64,000 nucleotides of DNA from Candidatus Buchananbacteria bacterium (GCA_903888345.1 CAISTG010000015.1:11474-75473); one strand, 5' to 3'. Positions 47,723 through 57,504 are shown, numbered from the stretch's first letter. Made by a program: numbers and translations. Notes: generated from the letters alone by a model not told the origin.

Positions 47723-49654
47723 TTAGAGCGCTGATTTTTGTTTGATCAGTTCGCTATGCTGTTTGATGATTTCACCGAAGGCTTGGGAGTCTCCGATTTT
47801 TTCGGCTCTTTGCATCTCGTTTTGCAAACGAGAAATTTCACGATTAAAATAATTACTTTTCAAGAGACGAATTAAATTATCTAATTCGTTCTTGGCATCT
47901 TTGGCTTCCAAGTCAAAAAAATCCTTTTGCGCCAAAAGATAGGACTGTTCTAAATATTTTACGGCATCAGGATTAGCGGCTTGAGTGACGACCATCATAT
48001 AGAATTGGTCGAATATATTTTGTTCTTCCCGCTCCGTGGCCGTGAGAGTGAACAGTTCATTGTTTCTAGTATAAAACAATATTAAATCTTTGTAAAGACC
48101 CTGAGCCAAATCATCGGCAATTACTTCCGGTGCCAGAATTTCCGGTAATTTTGGCAAAAATCCGGGCTGAATCCAAATAATGGCTAAAATTTGCCGAAAG
48201 ATGCGTAATTCTAGGCTCATAATGGTATTTGGGGACAAGACCGCGCTAGCAGGTTTTTGGGGCTCTACAGTGGCCTTGGACGGGGTCTTCAGAGTGCCTC
48301 CAAAACGCGAAATTAGCTCGCGCAAGGCCTCTTCCCTCACGCTCAGCCGATTAGCGATTTCATGAGTCCAATAGTCTTTTTCAATAGGATCATCAATTTT
48401 AGCAATCTTTTCGCAGAGGAATTTTGCGACTTGTTTTTTGGTGTCCAAGTCAGTAATATTTTTATCTTTAATTGATGAGTTCCAAAAATATTCTAACGCC
48501 GGTTGCGCCTCAGCGATCGCTTGTTTCCAGTCATCCGGATTATTCTTTAAGCACTCATCCGGGTCCTTGCCATTAGGAATCGAGATAATTTTTAAATTAA
48601 GATTATAACCTAAAGCGGGATCAATGAACTGGGAAGGTTTACCGAAACGATCAACGTTATTAATTACTCGTTCTTCCTTAACGATACTGGTCAGTAATTC
48701 ATCGCCACGGTTGGTGGCTTTTTGTCCAGCGGCGTCAGCGTCCAAGGCTAAAAAAATATTATTTGAGAAACGACGTAATAATTGTAATTGTTCTTTGGTT
48801 AAGGCGGTACCAGAGGAAGCGACGGTATTTTTGAAACCATGTTGATAACAACTAACGGCATCCATCTGTCCTTCGACCACTACCACAGCATCTTGTTTTC
48901 TAATTTCATTTTTGGCTTGCGCTAAAGCAAAGACGATTGCGCTTTTGTTATAAATATCGGTTTGCGGACTATTCACGTATTTCGCCGGCTCATCTTTATC
49001 CAGTGTTCGCCCAGTAAAACCGCAGACACGTCCATTATGATCAATAATCGGAAACATAATACGATTGCGGAAACGATCATAGTAACCACTCCCCCGTTCC
49101 TTCCTAATACAAAATCCGGCGGCAAATATTTCAGTGTCAGCAAAATTCTTTTTGCGCAAAAAATCAAACAGATTGCTCCAGTCATTAATCGCATAACCAA
49201 TCCGGAAAGTTTCAATCGTATCTTCCTGCAAACCACGATATTCCAAATACTCCCGCGCTTCTTGCGCCCGCGGTGATTGCAACAAAACCTGATGCCAATA
49301 CTTGGTCGTCATTTCACAAACGTCATACAAACGATTTTTTTTGTTATGCGCTTCCGGATTCTGTCGGGTTAAGGTAACGCCAGTTTTCTGAGCTAAGATT
49401 TTCAACGCTTCAGCAAATTCAATGTTTTCAATTTTCATTAAAAACTCAAAAGCATCGCCACCTTCGCCGCAACCAAAACAATGAAAACTACCGCGCGCCG
49501 GTGAAACAATCATTGACGGTGTCTTTTCATTATGAAAAGGGCAATTAGCTTTATAGGCACCCACACCCGCCGGAACCAATTTCAAATACTCGCCGATGAA
49601 ATCGACGATATCCAATTTATCCTTAATTTCTTGTATTTCCGGGGAAGAGGCCAT
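47723..49654 (-). CDS. dnaG: DNA primase DnaG (643 aa)
   Basis: Zn-ribbon CPFHNEKTPSMIVSPARGSFHCFGCGEGGDAFEF. RNA-pol domain. TOPRIM VVVVEGQMDAV and LALDADAAGQKAT. Upstream of rpoD, the classic operon order. Confidence 0.85.
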   Translation of the reverse strand: MASSPEIQEIKDKLDIVDFIGEYLKLVPAGVGAYKANCPFHNEKTPSMIVSPARGSFHCFGCGEGGDAFEFLMKIENIEFAEALKILAQKTGVTLTRQNPEAHNKKNRLYDVCEMTTKYWHQVLLQSPRAQEAREYLEYRGLQEDTIETFRIGYAINDWSNLFDFLRKKNFADTEIFAAGFCIRKERGSGYYDRFRNRIMFPIIDHNGRVCGFTGRTLDKDEPAKYVNSPQTDIYNKSAIVFALAQAKNEIRKQDAVVVVEGQMDAVSCYQHGFKNTVASSGTALTKEQLQLLRRFSNNIFLALDADAAGQKATNRGDELLTSIVKEERVINNVDRFGKPSQFIDPALGYNLNLKIISIPNGKDPDECLKNNPDDWKQAIAEAQPALEYFWNSSIKDKNITDLDTKKQVAKFLCEKIAKIDDPIEKDYWTHEIANRLSVREEALRELISRFGGTLKTPSKATVEPQKPASAVLSPNTIMSLELRIFRQILAIIWIQPGFLPKLPEILAPEVIADDLAQGLYKDLILFYTRNNELFTLTATEREEQNIFDQFYMMVVTQAANPDAVKYLEQSYLLAQKDFFDLEAKDAKNELDNLIRLLKSNYFNREISRLQNEMQRAEKIGDSQAFGEIIKQHSELIKQKSAL

Positions 49655-49794
49655 GGGTTTTAATGCTTATGATTACTATTCAATAATACAACAAATCACC
49701 CCCAACCAGCAACGTTGACAAAATTTGCTAAAAATGATAATTTTCAGTATCGAAGTACCTTAACAATTGGCCACAAACAACAGGAGAACATGAC

Positions 49795-50040
49795 ATGAAC
49801 CATTTAACCGATGATTTGATCAGAGTTGCGACGCTAAAAATCGCCGCCCGCTACGTAATTGGAAAGCAGCGAACTCACGATTGTCTGTACCATGGACAGG
49901 GCCTCTTTGAGATTGGCGAATACTCAGTTCTAGCTGAAATTAAAGCAGCGGTTCAAGAAATTGATTACAAGCTAATTGTAACTTCAATGGTCTATTTACC
50001 CAACGGTAATTTGTTCGTTAATTTTGATCGCTTTATTTAA
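49795..50040 (+). CDS. Hypothetical small protein (81 aa)
   Basis: SD aggaga 8 nt upstream of the ATG. Confidence 0.45.
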   Translation: MNHLTDDLIRVATLKIAARYVIGKQRTHDCLYHGQGLFEIGEYSVLAEIKAAVQEIDYKLIVTSMVYLPNGNLFVNFDRFI

Positions 50041-50062
50041 TTAACACACAGGAGTACTGTCA

Positions 50063-50434
50063 GTGATTAAAGCCTCTGAACTCGACCTGCGCCTGGAACA
50101 GCATCGCCAAGAAATTCTCGCTCACTTCAATTCTGCCTTGATCCAACTGGTTACTAAATTTAATAGCAATCGGAATTTCCTAAGACTTTGGGAGAAACTT
50201 GACGACGCCACTTTCGAAAACTCGACCCCCTTCGCCGTCAATTCTGATTTTAAGATCTCACTCTTAGACATTATCAATCTGCCCGGTTACGAAAAGTTGC
50301 GCGAACTTTGCGCTGAGCGGAATTTCCGTTTGAAAATCGAACTCAAAAATGATCCCGTCATTAGCGAAGCGATCATTTGGCCGACACTTATGATTACGAT
50401 TACTAAAGTTCAACCTAGCGCTCACCCAGAGTGA
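50063..50434 (+). CDS. Hypothetical protein (123 aa, GTG start). Its C-terminus is encoded partly by the conserved leader repeat.
   Basis: SD aggag 11 nt upstream of the GTG. Ends ...TKVQPSAHPE inside repeat copy A. Confidence 0.4.
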   Translation: MIKASELDLRLEQHRQEILAHFNSALIQLVTKFNSNRNFLRLWEKLDDATFENSTPFAVNSDFKISLLDIINLPGYEKLRELCAERNFRLKIELKNDPVISEAIIWPTLMITITKVQPSAHPE

Positions 50435-50460
50435 GACCGAACAGAAAGGAAGCCGACATG
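50409..50460 (+). repeat. Conserved 52-nt leader element, copy A (hairpin CTCAC-CCAGA-GTGAG plus SD AAAGGAAG, then ATG)
   Basis: 49/52 nt identical to 51443-51493: TTCAACCTAGCRCTCACCCAGAGTGAGACCGARYAGAAAGGAAGCCGACATG. Confidence 0.7.
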
Positions 50461-50892
50461 CCGAAACAATCAACTATCGGTGCCGCACTTAAGTCGCGAC
50501 ATGAAAATATTTTGAAAGCACGGGCGGCAGAAGAGGCAATCAGAAAAGATAATATTGCCAGACCATTTCGCCAACAAGCAGAAAAGATGGTCGACGAAAT
50601 TATGGCGTTCGCTAATAATTGCAGTTTGCCTGACGAACTCATACTTAAGAGAGAATGGGAAGTAGGCTATATAGACATTCAAAAAGAGTTTAAGGAAGTA
50701 ATCGAGCAAGAAATATACTCGGGGCGCTTAGTTCCTAGTAATCTAATCACCGAATTTTGTAAAAACATCTTCGAGAACTTTAAAACTCAAGGCGGAGGCA
50801 AAATTCTGACTGATTTTTGTACCAAGCAAGACCTGCCCCTAAACATTTCTTTAAATGCGGGCTGGACCATCTCCTGCACCATTACCTGGTAA
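50458..50892 (+). CDS. Hypothetical protein (144 aa), paralog of 51491-51928
   Basis: ATG preceded by aaaggaag. C-terminal ...LTDFCTKQDLPLNISLNAGWTISCTITW resembles the paralog's ...LTDFCQENQLTLCLALSGSIIFLTISW. Confidence 0.5.
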   Translation: MPKQSTIGAALKSRHENILKARAAEEAIRKDNIARPFRQQAEKMVDEIMAFANNCSLPDELILKREWEVGYIDIQKEFKEVIEQEIYSGRLVPSNLITEFCKNIFENFKTQGGGKILTDFCTKQDLPLNISLNAGWTISCTITW

Positions 50893-50931
50893 ACGCTGAA
50901 CCATTCCAACCGAAACAAGGATCAGAAAATC

Positions 50932-51408
50932 GTGGGCAACCAACCGACTGAAGATACGCACCAACTACTGGAAAGATTACGTCAGAATTATGAAGATTAT
51001 CTGGCGGACTGTCGACGACAGAATGAAGTCATTCGCGAGGAAATGCAACAATTAATCTGTCTGACTTTTAACGAGCGGCTTAATAATCAATTCGCCCAAC
51101 TTACCAATCTGCGCTATTGGGCGCCACGCTTTGAATTGCAATCGGAAACAGCCAACCAATGCCCCATCTGCTCCATTGCTATTGACGGCATCAAACCTGA
51201 CCACGGCTGGGTCAACCATGCCTACTTTGCTGAAAAGGCAGCGGAAATGTCCGCCAACTATTCCACGATCAAATTTTATTGGGAGAGATTAGGATTCGAC
51301 GTCAAAATTCAACGCAATGAAAATAAAGAATTCAACGGAACGATTGTTTTGCAGATTGTTATCGGTTGGCTCGGAAATTCAAAACGCGGCCACCCACGCA
51401 GACAATAA
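50932..51408 (+). CDS. Hypothetical protein (158 aa, GTG start) with a CPIC motif
   Basis: ORF. Occupies the same position as 50063-50434 in the second tandem module. Confidence 0.4.
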   Translation: MGNQPTEDTHQLLERLRQNYEDYLADCRRQNEVIREEMQQLICLTFNERLNNQFAQLTNLRYWAPRFELQSETANQCPICSIAIDGIKPDHGWVNHAYFAEKAAEMSANYSTIKFYWERLGFDVKIQRNENKEFNGTIVLQIVIGWLGNSKRGHPRRQ

Positions 51409-51442
51409 ATAGTGATCATTTGGCCAAACGATTAAATTACAT

Positions 51443-51493
51443 TCAACCTAGCACTCACCCAGAGTGAGACCGAGTAGAAAGGAAGCCGACATG
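51443..51493 (+). repeat. Conserved 52-nt leader element, copy B
   Basis: See copy A. Upstream similarity extends about 20 nt further (acgatta...ttcaacc). Confidence 0.7.
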
Positions 51494-51928
51494 TCAAATC
51501 TAGGGGAGCTACTGCACCTCAAATATACTGAGGCAGTCGAGGCAAGAAAGATCAATGAGGAAAAGATCCGGCAACGGAAAACCTATCCTTTTTCTGATTA
51601 TCTTATTCAATTAATTACTACTTTGCCTGAGACACTGCTATCAGTTGCCGCAAGTGGGAGGAAATATTTCAAATTGGATTTAGCAAATGAATTCGCTAAA
51701 GAAATACAAGAAATTGAAGATGGTTACGGTTTTCGGCACAATCAGCCAGCAAAACAGATGATAGACAGCCTGTATAATGATTTAAAGTTTAATTTCGAAA
51801 AAAATTCTTTGGCACCACTAACTGATTTTTGCCAGGAAAACCAGCTAACACTTTGCCTTGCACTTAGTGGCTCAATAATATTCCTAACTATTAGTTGGGA
51901 AGAATGGCCACCGGCGCCAACTGAATGA
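51491..51928 (+). CDS. Hypothetical protein (145 aa), paralog of 50458-50892
   Basis: Same leader and SD, and similar C-terminus. Confidence 0.5.
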   Translation: MSNLGELLHLKYTEAVEARKINEEKIRQRKTYPFSDYLIQLITTLPETLLSVAASGRKYFKLDLANEFAKEIQEIEDGYGFRHNQPAKQMIDSLYNDLKFNFEKNSLAPLTDFCQENQLTLCLALSGSIIFLTISWEEWPPAPTE

Positions 51929-51989
51929 AAATATTGCACTTTCAACAAGAGCCACTCTTACGAGCGGCTCTTTTTTAATTATTGAAATT

Positions 51990-52406
51990 TTAGTTCTTCC
52001 ACAGACCATGCAGATTGCAATAGGCGCGAGCGATAACTGCTTCAGCTTCTTCGGGAATTTCAAATTCCGTTTCTGGTAGATCTCCCGGATGAAAGAAATG
52101 CTTGTAGCTAATAGTATCTTCAGGAGCATTAGCGGTTTTTGGCAAGACTACCAACAACTCAACCCATTCGATATAGTGCGCCCCTTCCATCGGATGGGCG
52201 ACTGAACCGACTTTGACGGCCACCTTAGTGCCATCACGCTCCACTACCGGCACATGCTTTTCGGTTGCAGCGTCAGTGCTATTTTCAGTTTGTAATGCCA
52301 TTTCCTGGCCACAACAAACCAAAGTGCCACCACCAACATGGACCACTTCAACAATATTGCCACAGACTGAGCATTTATAAACTTCGTTTAAAGATGTAAC
52401 TGCCAT
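51990..52406 (-). CDS. dfx: Desulfoferrodoxin (2Fe superoxide reductase), 138 aa
   Basis: N-terminal desulforedoxin [28 protein letters not shown] domain [11 protein letters not shown]..., [18 protein letters not shown]. Confidence 0.85.
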   Translation of the reverse strand: MAVTSLNEVYKCSVCGNIVEVVHVGGGTLVCCGQEMALQTENSTDAATEKHVPVVERDGTKVAVKVGSVAHPMEGAHYIEWVELLVVLPKTANAPEDTISYKHFFHPGDLPETEFEIPEEAEAVIARAYCNLHGLWKN

Positions 52407-52418
52407 ATGTTTTTATTA

Positions 52419-52805
52419 CGTCATCCTGAGCTTGCGAAGGATCTCATTCTTTAACCACTAAAATTTTCAGATAAATCCTTCCAACCAGGATTAAAATTAT
52501 TAATTAAATCTACTTTCTTTTGCCTTATCCATCCCTTAATTTGCTTTTCTCTAATAAGCGAATCATTTATCGACTCACTATATTCATACCAAACTAATTT
52601 ATCCGCATTATACTTCCTAACAAATTGAGATATTCTTTGTTCTTTGGTTTTATATTCCCAAATTCTTCGCAATAAATCATTAGTAACTCCGATATACAGT
52701 ACCTTATTATATTTATTAGTAGTTATATAAACATAATAGTATTTTTCCGACATATGTAAAGTAACATGGGATTCTTCACTCCGTTAAACTTCGTTCAGGA
52801 TGACG
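52419..52805. mobile_element. 387-bp palindromic-repeat element carrying a GIY-YIG gene, inserted between rubrerythrin and desulfoferrodoxin
   Basis: Terminal inverted repeats cgtcatcctgagc (52419-52431) and gttcaggatgacg (52793-52805), 12/13 match. Same CGTCAT...ATGACG end family as the empty element at 32351-32441. The left end is 13 nt upstream of the dfx start codon. The right end is 11 nt past the rbr stop. Confidence 0.55.
52451..52753 (-). CDS. GIY-YIG nuclease-superfamily protein (COG2827/UPF0213-like), 100 aa
   Basis: YYVYITTN...LYIGVTNDLLRRIWEYK. GIY-YIG motif with the conserved Arg/Glu. Confidence 0.75.
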   Translation of the reverse strand: MSEKYYYVYITTNKYNKVLYIGVTNDLLRRIWEYKTKEQRISQFVRKYNADKLVWYEYSESINDSLIREKQIKGWIRQKKVDLINNFNPGWKDLSENFSG

Positions 52806-52815
52806 CGGCGATTGA

Positions 52816-53400
52816 TTAGTAATTTTCAGATTTTATTTGAGAGAAAGCTTGAGCATGATTACAACTAGGACATTCTTGTAACGCTTCCTTACCAAAATGG
52901 ACATAACCACATTCACGGCAAACCCACCAAACCTCTTCTTCTTTTTTGAAAACAGTTCCAGCTTCAACTTCTTTTAGGATTTTCAAATAGCGTTCTTCAT
53001 GATGCTCTTCGGCTTTAGCAATTGATCTCAGGCGCGCCGCTAATTTTGGATAACCTTCCTCATCAGCCGTCGTTGCAAATTCCGGATACATCGTGACATG
53101 TTCGTAATTTTCACCGGCAATCGCTGCTTTTAAATTATCGGCTGTGGTGCCATAAGTAGTTGGTACTTCCGCTTCAATTTTAATTGCAGTCAAATCATCG
53201 GTTGACAATTTTTTGAGAGTTTGAATTTCTTCAAATAATTTAGCAGCATGTTCACGCTCCTGGTCCGCAGTCATTAAAAATATTTCAGCGATTTGCTCGA
53301 AGCCCTCTTTCTTGGCAACTTTGCTATACATCGTGTAACGATTACGCGCCTGCGATTCACCGACAAAGGCCTTACAAAGATTAGTAATAGTTTTGGTCAT
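52816..53400 (-). CDS. rbr: Rubrerythrin (ferritin-like diiron domain plus C-terminal rubredoxin), 194 aa
   Basis: ESQARNRYTMYS...EEREHA, a second E..H pair, C-terminal WVCRECGYVHFGKEALQECPSCNH. Confidence 0.85.
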   Translation of the reverse strand: MTKTITNLCKAFVGESQARNRYTMYSKVAKKEGFEQIAEIFLMTADQEREHAAKLFEEIQTLKKLSTDDLTAIKIEAEVPTTYGTTADNLKAAIAGENYEHVTMYPEFATTADEEGYPKLAARLRSIAKAEEHHEERYLKILKEVEAGTVFKKEEEVWWVCRECGYVHFGKEALQECPSCNHAQAFSQIKSENY

Positions 53401-53458
53401 AAATTAATTTAATTTTATCCTCAGAATCAACCGCAATTGATGTCTGTGGTTCCACCTA

Positions 53459-53497
53459 TTAAATAAGTGGATTCCCGTCCGCCGCGGCGGACTGGAA
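53459..53497. repeat. GC-rich compound hairpin GGATTCCCG-TCCGCCGCGGCGGA-CTGGAATGACGCTCGG
   Basis: Perfect 14-nt palindrome TCCGCCGCGGCGGA, identical to 30860-30873 upstream of the ABC-F gene. Flanked by GGATTCC/GGAAT. Carries the ATGACG family motif. Confidence 0.5.
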
Positions 53498-53559
53498 TGA
53501 CGCTCGGTTATTTTTAGTTATCGTATTTTACCACACTACTGTTTATTTTGACAACTCCT

Positions 53560-55623
53560 CTAACGATCCCCTTTTACTGACTCAATTTCATCTAAAACCT
53601 CATCAGCGGGCGGGTTGGTTGCTAACGTTACCGAATTACTCGCAACTACTGGTGGCACATAATTTTCTTCTAAGACGCCGTCTTCGGTTTCAATTAATGG
53701 TTCGGGCTTAGGTAACAAGGAGGCCAAACTCATCGCTGGAGCTTTAATGGTTTCTTCTTTAATGGCCAGACCTTCCATCTGACGTACCTGCGGATCACGC
53801 TCCTCGGTTTTCTTGCGCCTCTCTTCACGAACTTTCTTAAAGCAATCATCACAATAAGTTGGACGGCCTAAATCTGGTTTGAATTTCAATTTAAAATCCT
53901 TATGGCACAATGTACAACTAGCCGCATACAATTCGGTGCTTAGTGGCTTGTCGCGACCAACTAACCGTGGTGGTTCTATTTTAACTGGCGTTGCAGCTAT
54001 CGGTCGTTCATTCGGACGATCCGAGCGCATCGATGCCGGACCACTAATGGGAGTACTCTGGCGTTCTTCGCGACGCGGCATTGGCCGATCGCTTCCGGAA
54101 CGCGTTTGATCGCGACGCGGATCTAATCGTGGTCGCTCCTCACGCGGTGGACGCTCGCTAAACTTCGGCTTCGGTGACAAAGTGCCCTGACCTAATTCTG
54201 ACAGACTAATGGTCGGACCAGCAGCATTTAGCGCTTCCTTCATTGGTACAATCTCACCTAATTGAAATTCTTCATTCGGACCAGGTTTACCTTCACTACT
54301 AGCGCTCGAAACCATACCCATCTTCGATGCCAAATCCATGCCACTCCAACGATTAATGCGCTCTTCCACTTCCGCGCGCGGATGCGAATAGCGTTCGCGT
54401 GAAACTTGAATAACTTTTTGAGTGCTATTGGTCCGATAATCGCCAAATAGCGGCGGTAAAGTGGCCGCCGAAAACGGATCAGAAGAAACACCATCAATCA
54501 TTAACTTTAAATAAATGGCGAAAGCTGGCAAATTAACTAAGTCCTCTTCCGTAAAAAATGGAGCGAATTCCAGAACTAATTTCTCAGCATCAGCAGCACC
54601 GACACGGAAACAAATCAGTGTACCGACGTTACCAAACACACCGGCCTGTACTGTCTCTGGCAATTGCTCGATATATTGGTGCGCCACCACTAAATTCAAA
54701 CGATATTTTCTAGCTTCAGACAAAATGTCGGCAAAAGAATCAGTCGCAAAATTCTGAAATTCGTCGACATACAGATAAAAATCTTTACGTTCGTTTTCTG
54801 GCATGTCCACGCGACTCATCGCCGCCATGTATAATTTTGTAACTATCATTGAGCCCAATAATTGCATCGTATCTTCACCAATACGACCCTTGGATAAATC
54901 CAAAATTAAGATTTTTTGGTTGTCCATGACGTCACGCAGGTCGATGGTTGATTTGACTTGGCCAATAATATTTCTAATCAAAAAGTTTGATAAAAACTGT
55001 CCAACTTTATTTTGAATAGGAGAAATAACTTCCTGCAACACGCGATCATTCCATTTCGTAAATTCATTAACCCAGAAACTGCGTACCACCGGATCCTTGA
55101 TTTTTTCGACTACCTTTTCGCGATAATCTTTCTCCACCAGAATTCTCATAACGCCCAACATAGTGGAACCAGGATAATCCAACAAAGCCATAATCGTGTT
55201 GCGCAAAATATATTCCAAACGTGGTCCCCAACTTTCAGCGAATTGCTTTTTGAAAATAGAAACAATGCCGGAAGCAATCAAATGCTTATGCGATTCTTCC
55301 ACCGATTCCATGATATTAAAAGCGATCGGAAACTGCGTATCCGCCGGTGAAAAGTAAATAACATCATTAATACGATTGCTCGGAATAAAATCCAGAATTT
55401 TCTGGGCCGTATCGCCATGAGGATCGATGTAACAACAACCCTCGCCATTGATAATATCGGAGATGATCAAATTTTCTAGTAAGGTCGTTTTACCCATACC
55501 GGTTTTACCGATAATGTACATATGTCGGCGACGATCATCGCGCTTAATACCAAAAGAGCGCGCTTCATTGCGATAATTAGTGGAACCAAAAATTGTAACG
55601 TCGTTTTTGTTGGCTTCAGCCAT
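53560..55623 (-). CDS. VirB4/VirD4/HerA-superfamily P-loop ATPase (AAA-like/DUF87-type) with a C-terminal disordered Arg/Pro-rich region and a Zn ribbon (687 aa)
   Basis: HMYIIGKTGMGKTTLLENL...CCYIDPHGD (Walker A plus the PHG motif typical of this clade). DFYLYVDEFQNF (Walker B). LNLVVAHQYIEQL (TQ..QL-like). C-terminal CTLCHKDFK...YCDDCFKK. Confidence 0.55.
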   Translation of the reverse strand: MAEANKNDVTIFGSTNYRNEARSFGIKRDDRRRHMYIIGKTGMGKTTLLENLIISDIINGEGCCYIDPHGDTAQKILDFIPSNRINDVIYFSPADTQFPIAFNIMESVEESHKHLIASGIVSIFKKQFAESWGPRLEYILRNTIMALLDYPGSTMLGVMRILVEKDYREKVVEKIKDPVVRSFWVNEFTKWNDRVLQEVISPIQNKVGQFLSNFLIRNIIGQVKSTIDLRDVMDNQKILILDLSKGRIGEDTMQLLGSMIVTKLYMAAMSRVDMPENERKDFYLYVDEFQNFATDSFADILSEARKYRLNLVVAHQYIEQLPETVQAGVFGNVGTLICFRVGAADAEKLVLEFAPFFTEEDLVNLPAFAIYLKLMIDGVSSDPFSAATLPPLFGDYRTNSTQKVIQVSRERYSHPRAEVEERINRWSGMDLASKMGMVSSASSEGKPGPNEEFQLGEIVPMKEALNAAGPTISLSELGQGTLSPKPKFSERPPREERPRLDPRRDQTRSGSDRPMPRREERQSTPISGPASMRSDRPNERPIAATPVKIEPPRLVGRDKPLSTELYAASCTLCHKDFKLKFKPDLGRPTYCDDCFKKVREERRKKTEERDPQVRQMEGLAIKEETIKAPAMSLASLLPKPEPLIETEDGVLEENYVPPVVASNSVTLATNPPADEVLDEIESVKGDR

Positions 55624-55634
55624 AAAATTAGTGT

Positions 55635-57341
55635 TTAAGCGAATGGTAAATTACTAGGCGGCGCACCTTTGCGTTCGGGCGCAATATTTGGACCGACTGC
55701 CGGTGGCACTGGTGCCAAACCCGGACCGGATGGTGTAATCGGTGTTACTGCCGGTATAGTGTAAGTGGGCACTTCGGGCTCACTTGGGCTAACCGAAGGC
55801 TGATGAATTGGCGCACCTGGTGCTTGAAAATTAGGGGCAGCTGGAGAAACTGGTGCTGTTCGCGGTGGATGTCGTTCTTCTTTTTTAACAGCCGGACCAA
55901 CACGATCCATATATGGCAAACGAGTAGGCGGTGCGGATTTCTTACTATCAATCTTACCGACTTGAACGGCTTTAACTGTCATTACTGGGAAGTGCCAGAG
56001 CGTTGCTAATTCTTCTGGATTTAATAAAGTTAATTTGGTCATCTCGTTGCTCTCGCCATACCAAGCGCTACGATTACAATACCAACGCAACAACCGCGTT
56101 TGTTTTTTGGCAATGCGTTGATTAACAAAAAAATAATCAGCCGAAGTTTTGGTATAACCATTAGGCTTAAAAGCATTGGCATCACTCGTATTGAATTGCT
56201 GGAAAGCACCAGACACACCAGTGACACCACGCCCTTTAGCAAAGACAGCATGCTTACCAATATAGAGCATACGGAATCTAACCTTAAATGCTTGCTTCGA
56301 TAATTTCTGCTCTACTCGCTCCAAAACACTACGCTCGCCCGGAGTAATTTTAAACATGCGCCACTGATCTTCTTCTTTTTTCTTATCAACAGCAGCCGCG
56401 CCCCACGGCGTTCCAGTGATTTCTCCTAATAACCCAGTGCCCCAAGCGGCCGCACCTTCCAAGGGAGCAGAAACGAACTTCGTCGGATCAAAAGATTCCG
56501 GTGCTTTATATTCACGACCCTGTAATTTCGAGACCACCTTTTTGGCTTCTTCACCCCAACCCGGTGGTTGTGGTTGAATAACCAATTGAATCCAAATTTG
56601 TTCACCTTCACCAATACGACTCATAATTTCCATCAAGTTAGCCATTGGGTCTAAGAAAGTCTGCGTTTGTTGATGTTCAAATTCTGGATAGGTCTTAATT
56701 GGATACGGATAAGTTTTAACTAAAACGAATTCCGAGCCCCACATATTATAAATCTTGTTCGGAAAGGGCAACTGTCTAAACGTTAACGGCTCACCCGTCT
56801 GTGGATTGGTTGCCTCGGAATCATAATCAACGTAGTCAGAAACCTCATTAATTTCGGCCTCTGGATACTGAGAATAAATTACTGATTCGATAAAATCACG
56901 AAATTGATTAGGTGTTCGAATCAAAAACCGCGTATGCCCCTCAATACTGACAATTTCAAATGAAAAACTTTCCGTTACTTTACCGCTCCAATATTTATCA
57001 ATCAAATTTGAAGACGTATAAACACCGGCTAAAGCCGCAAATAGATTTTCGACTGCTTTTGGGGTTTGCTCGTTATTCTTCGGAATATCTACCGCCAATA
57101 AGGTATGCTTCCATTTCCCCTGGAATTGACCAGCTCGATATTCCAGAAAAACAAATTGATACATGCCCCACAAATATAAAACAACTATAATCAACCAACC
57201 ACCGTGGCTAAATAATTGCCAAGCGATCGTTAAGGGGCTTTGGGTCGCAAAAATTAAAAAATAACCCCAAATTCCAGTGGCAGAAAAATAATTTCCGACA
57301 CTGCTTACAAGACCACCGAAGGGATCAAAAGTTGGATTCAT
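55635..57341 (-). CDS. Polytopic membrane protein (4 N-terminal TM) with a large soluble domain and a Pro-rich C-terminus (568 aa). Possible secretion/DNA-transfer partner of the adjacent ATPase.
   Basis: Hydrophobic N-terminus. Ends only 12 nt before the ATPase start (operon). No enzymatic motif. Confidence 0.45.
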   Translation of the reverse strand: MNPTFDPFGGLVSSVGNYFSATGIWGYFLIFATQSPLTIAWQLFSHGGWLIIVVLYLWGMYQFVFLEYRAGQFQGKWKHTLLAVDIPKNNEQTPKAVENLFAALAGVYTSSNLIDKYWSGKVTESFSFEIVSIEGHTRFLIRTPNQFRDFIESVIYSQYPEAEINEVSDYVDYDSEATNPQTGEPLTFRQLPFPNKIYNMWGSEFVLVKTYPYPIKTYPEFEHQQTQTFLDPMANLMEIMSRIGEGEQIWIQLVIQPQPPGWGEEAKKVVSKLQGREYKAPESFDPTKFVSAPLEGAAAWGTGLLGEITGTPWGAAAVDKKKEEDQWRMFKITPGERSVLERVEQKLSKQAFKVRFRMLYIGKHAVFAKGRGVTGVSGAFQQFNTSDANAFKPNGYTKTSADYFFVNQRIAKKQTRLLRWYCNRSAWYGESNEMTKLTLLNPEELATLWHFPVMTVKAVQVGKIDSKKSAPPTRLPYMDRVGPAVKKEERHPPRTAPVSPAAPNFQAPGAPIHQPSVSPSEPEVPTYTIPAVTPITPSGPGLAPVPPAVGPNIAPERKGAPPSNLPFA

Positions 57342-57458
57342 AGGATTAACTGCAGGTACTAATTACTGCTTATATTATACCACGTTTGACGCGGCACTTC
57401 AAAATTATTAATAATGTGGATAAATTATCTTTAGCGCGATCAATTTTAAGTCAAACAA

Positions 57459-57494
57459 AAAGCCTGCTAAAAAATATTTAGCAGGCTTTTTTAT
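57459..57494. terminator. Bidirectional rho-independent terminator
   Basis: agcctgcta-aaaaatattt-tagcaggct 9-bp stem between A5 and T6. Confidence 0.6.
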
Positions 57495-57504
57495 ATAGAT
57501 TTTT

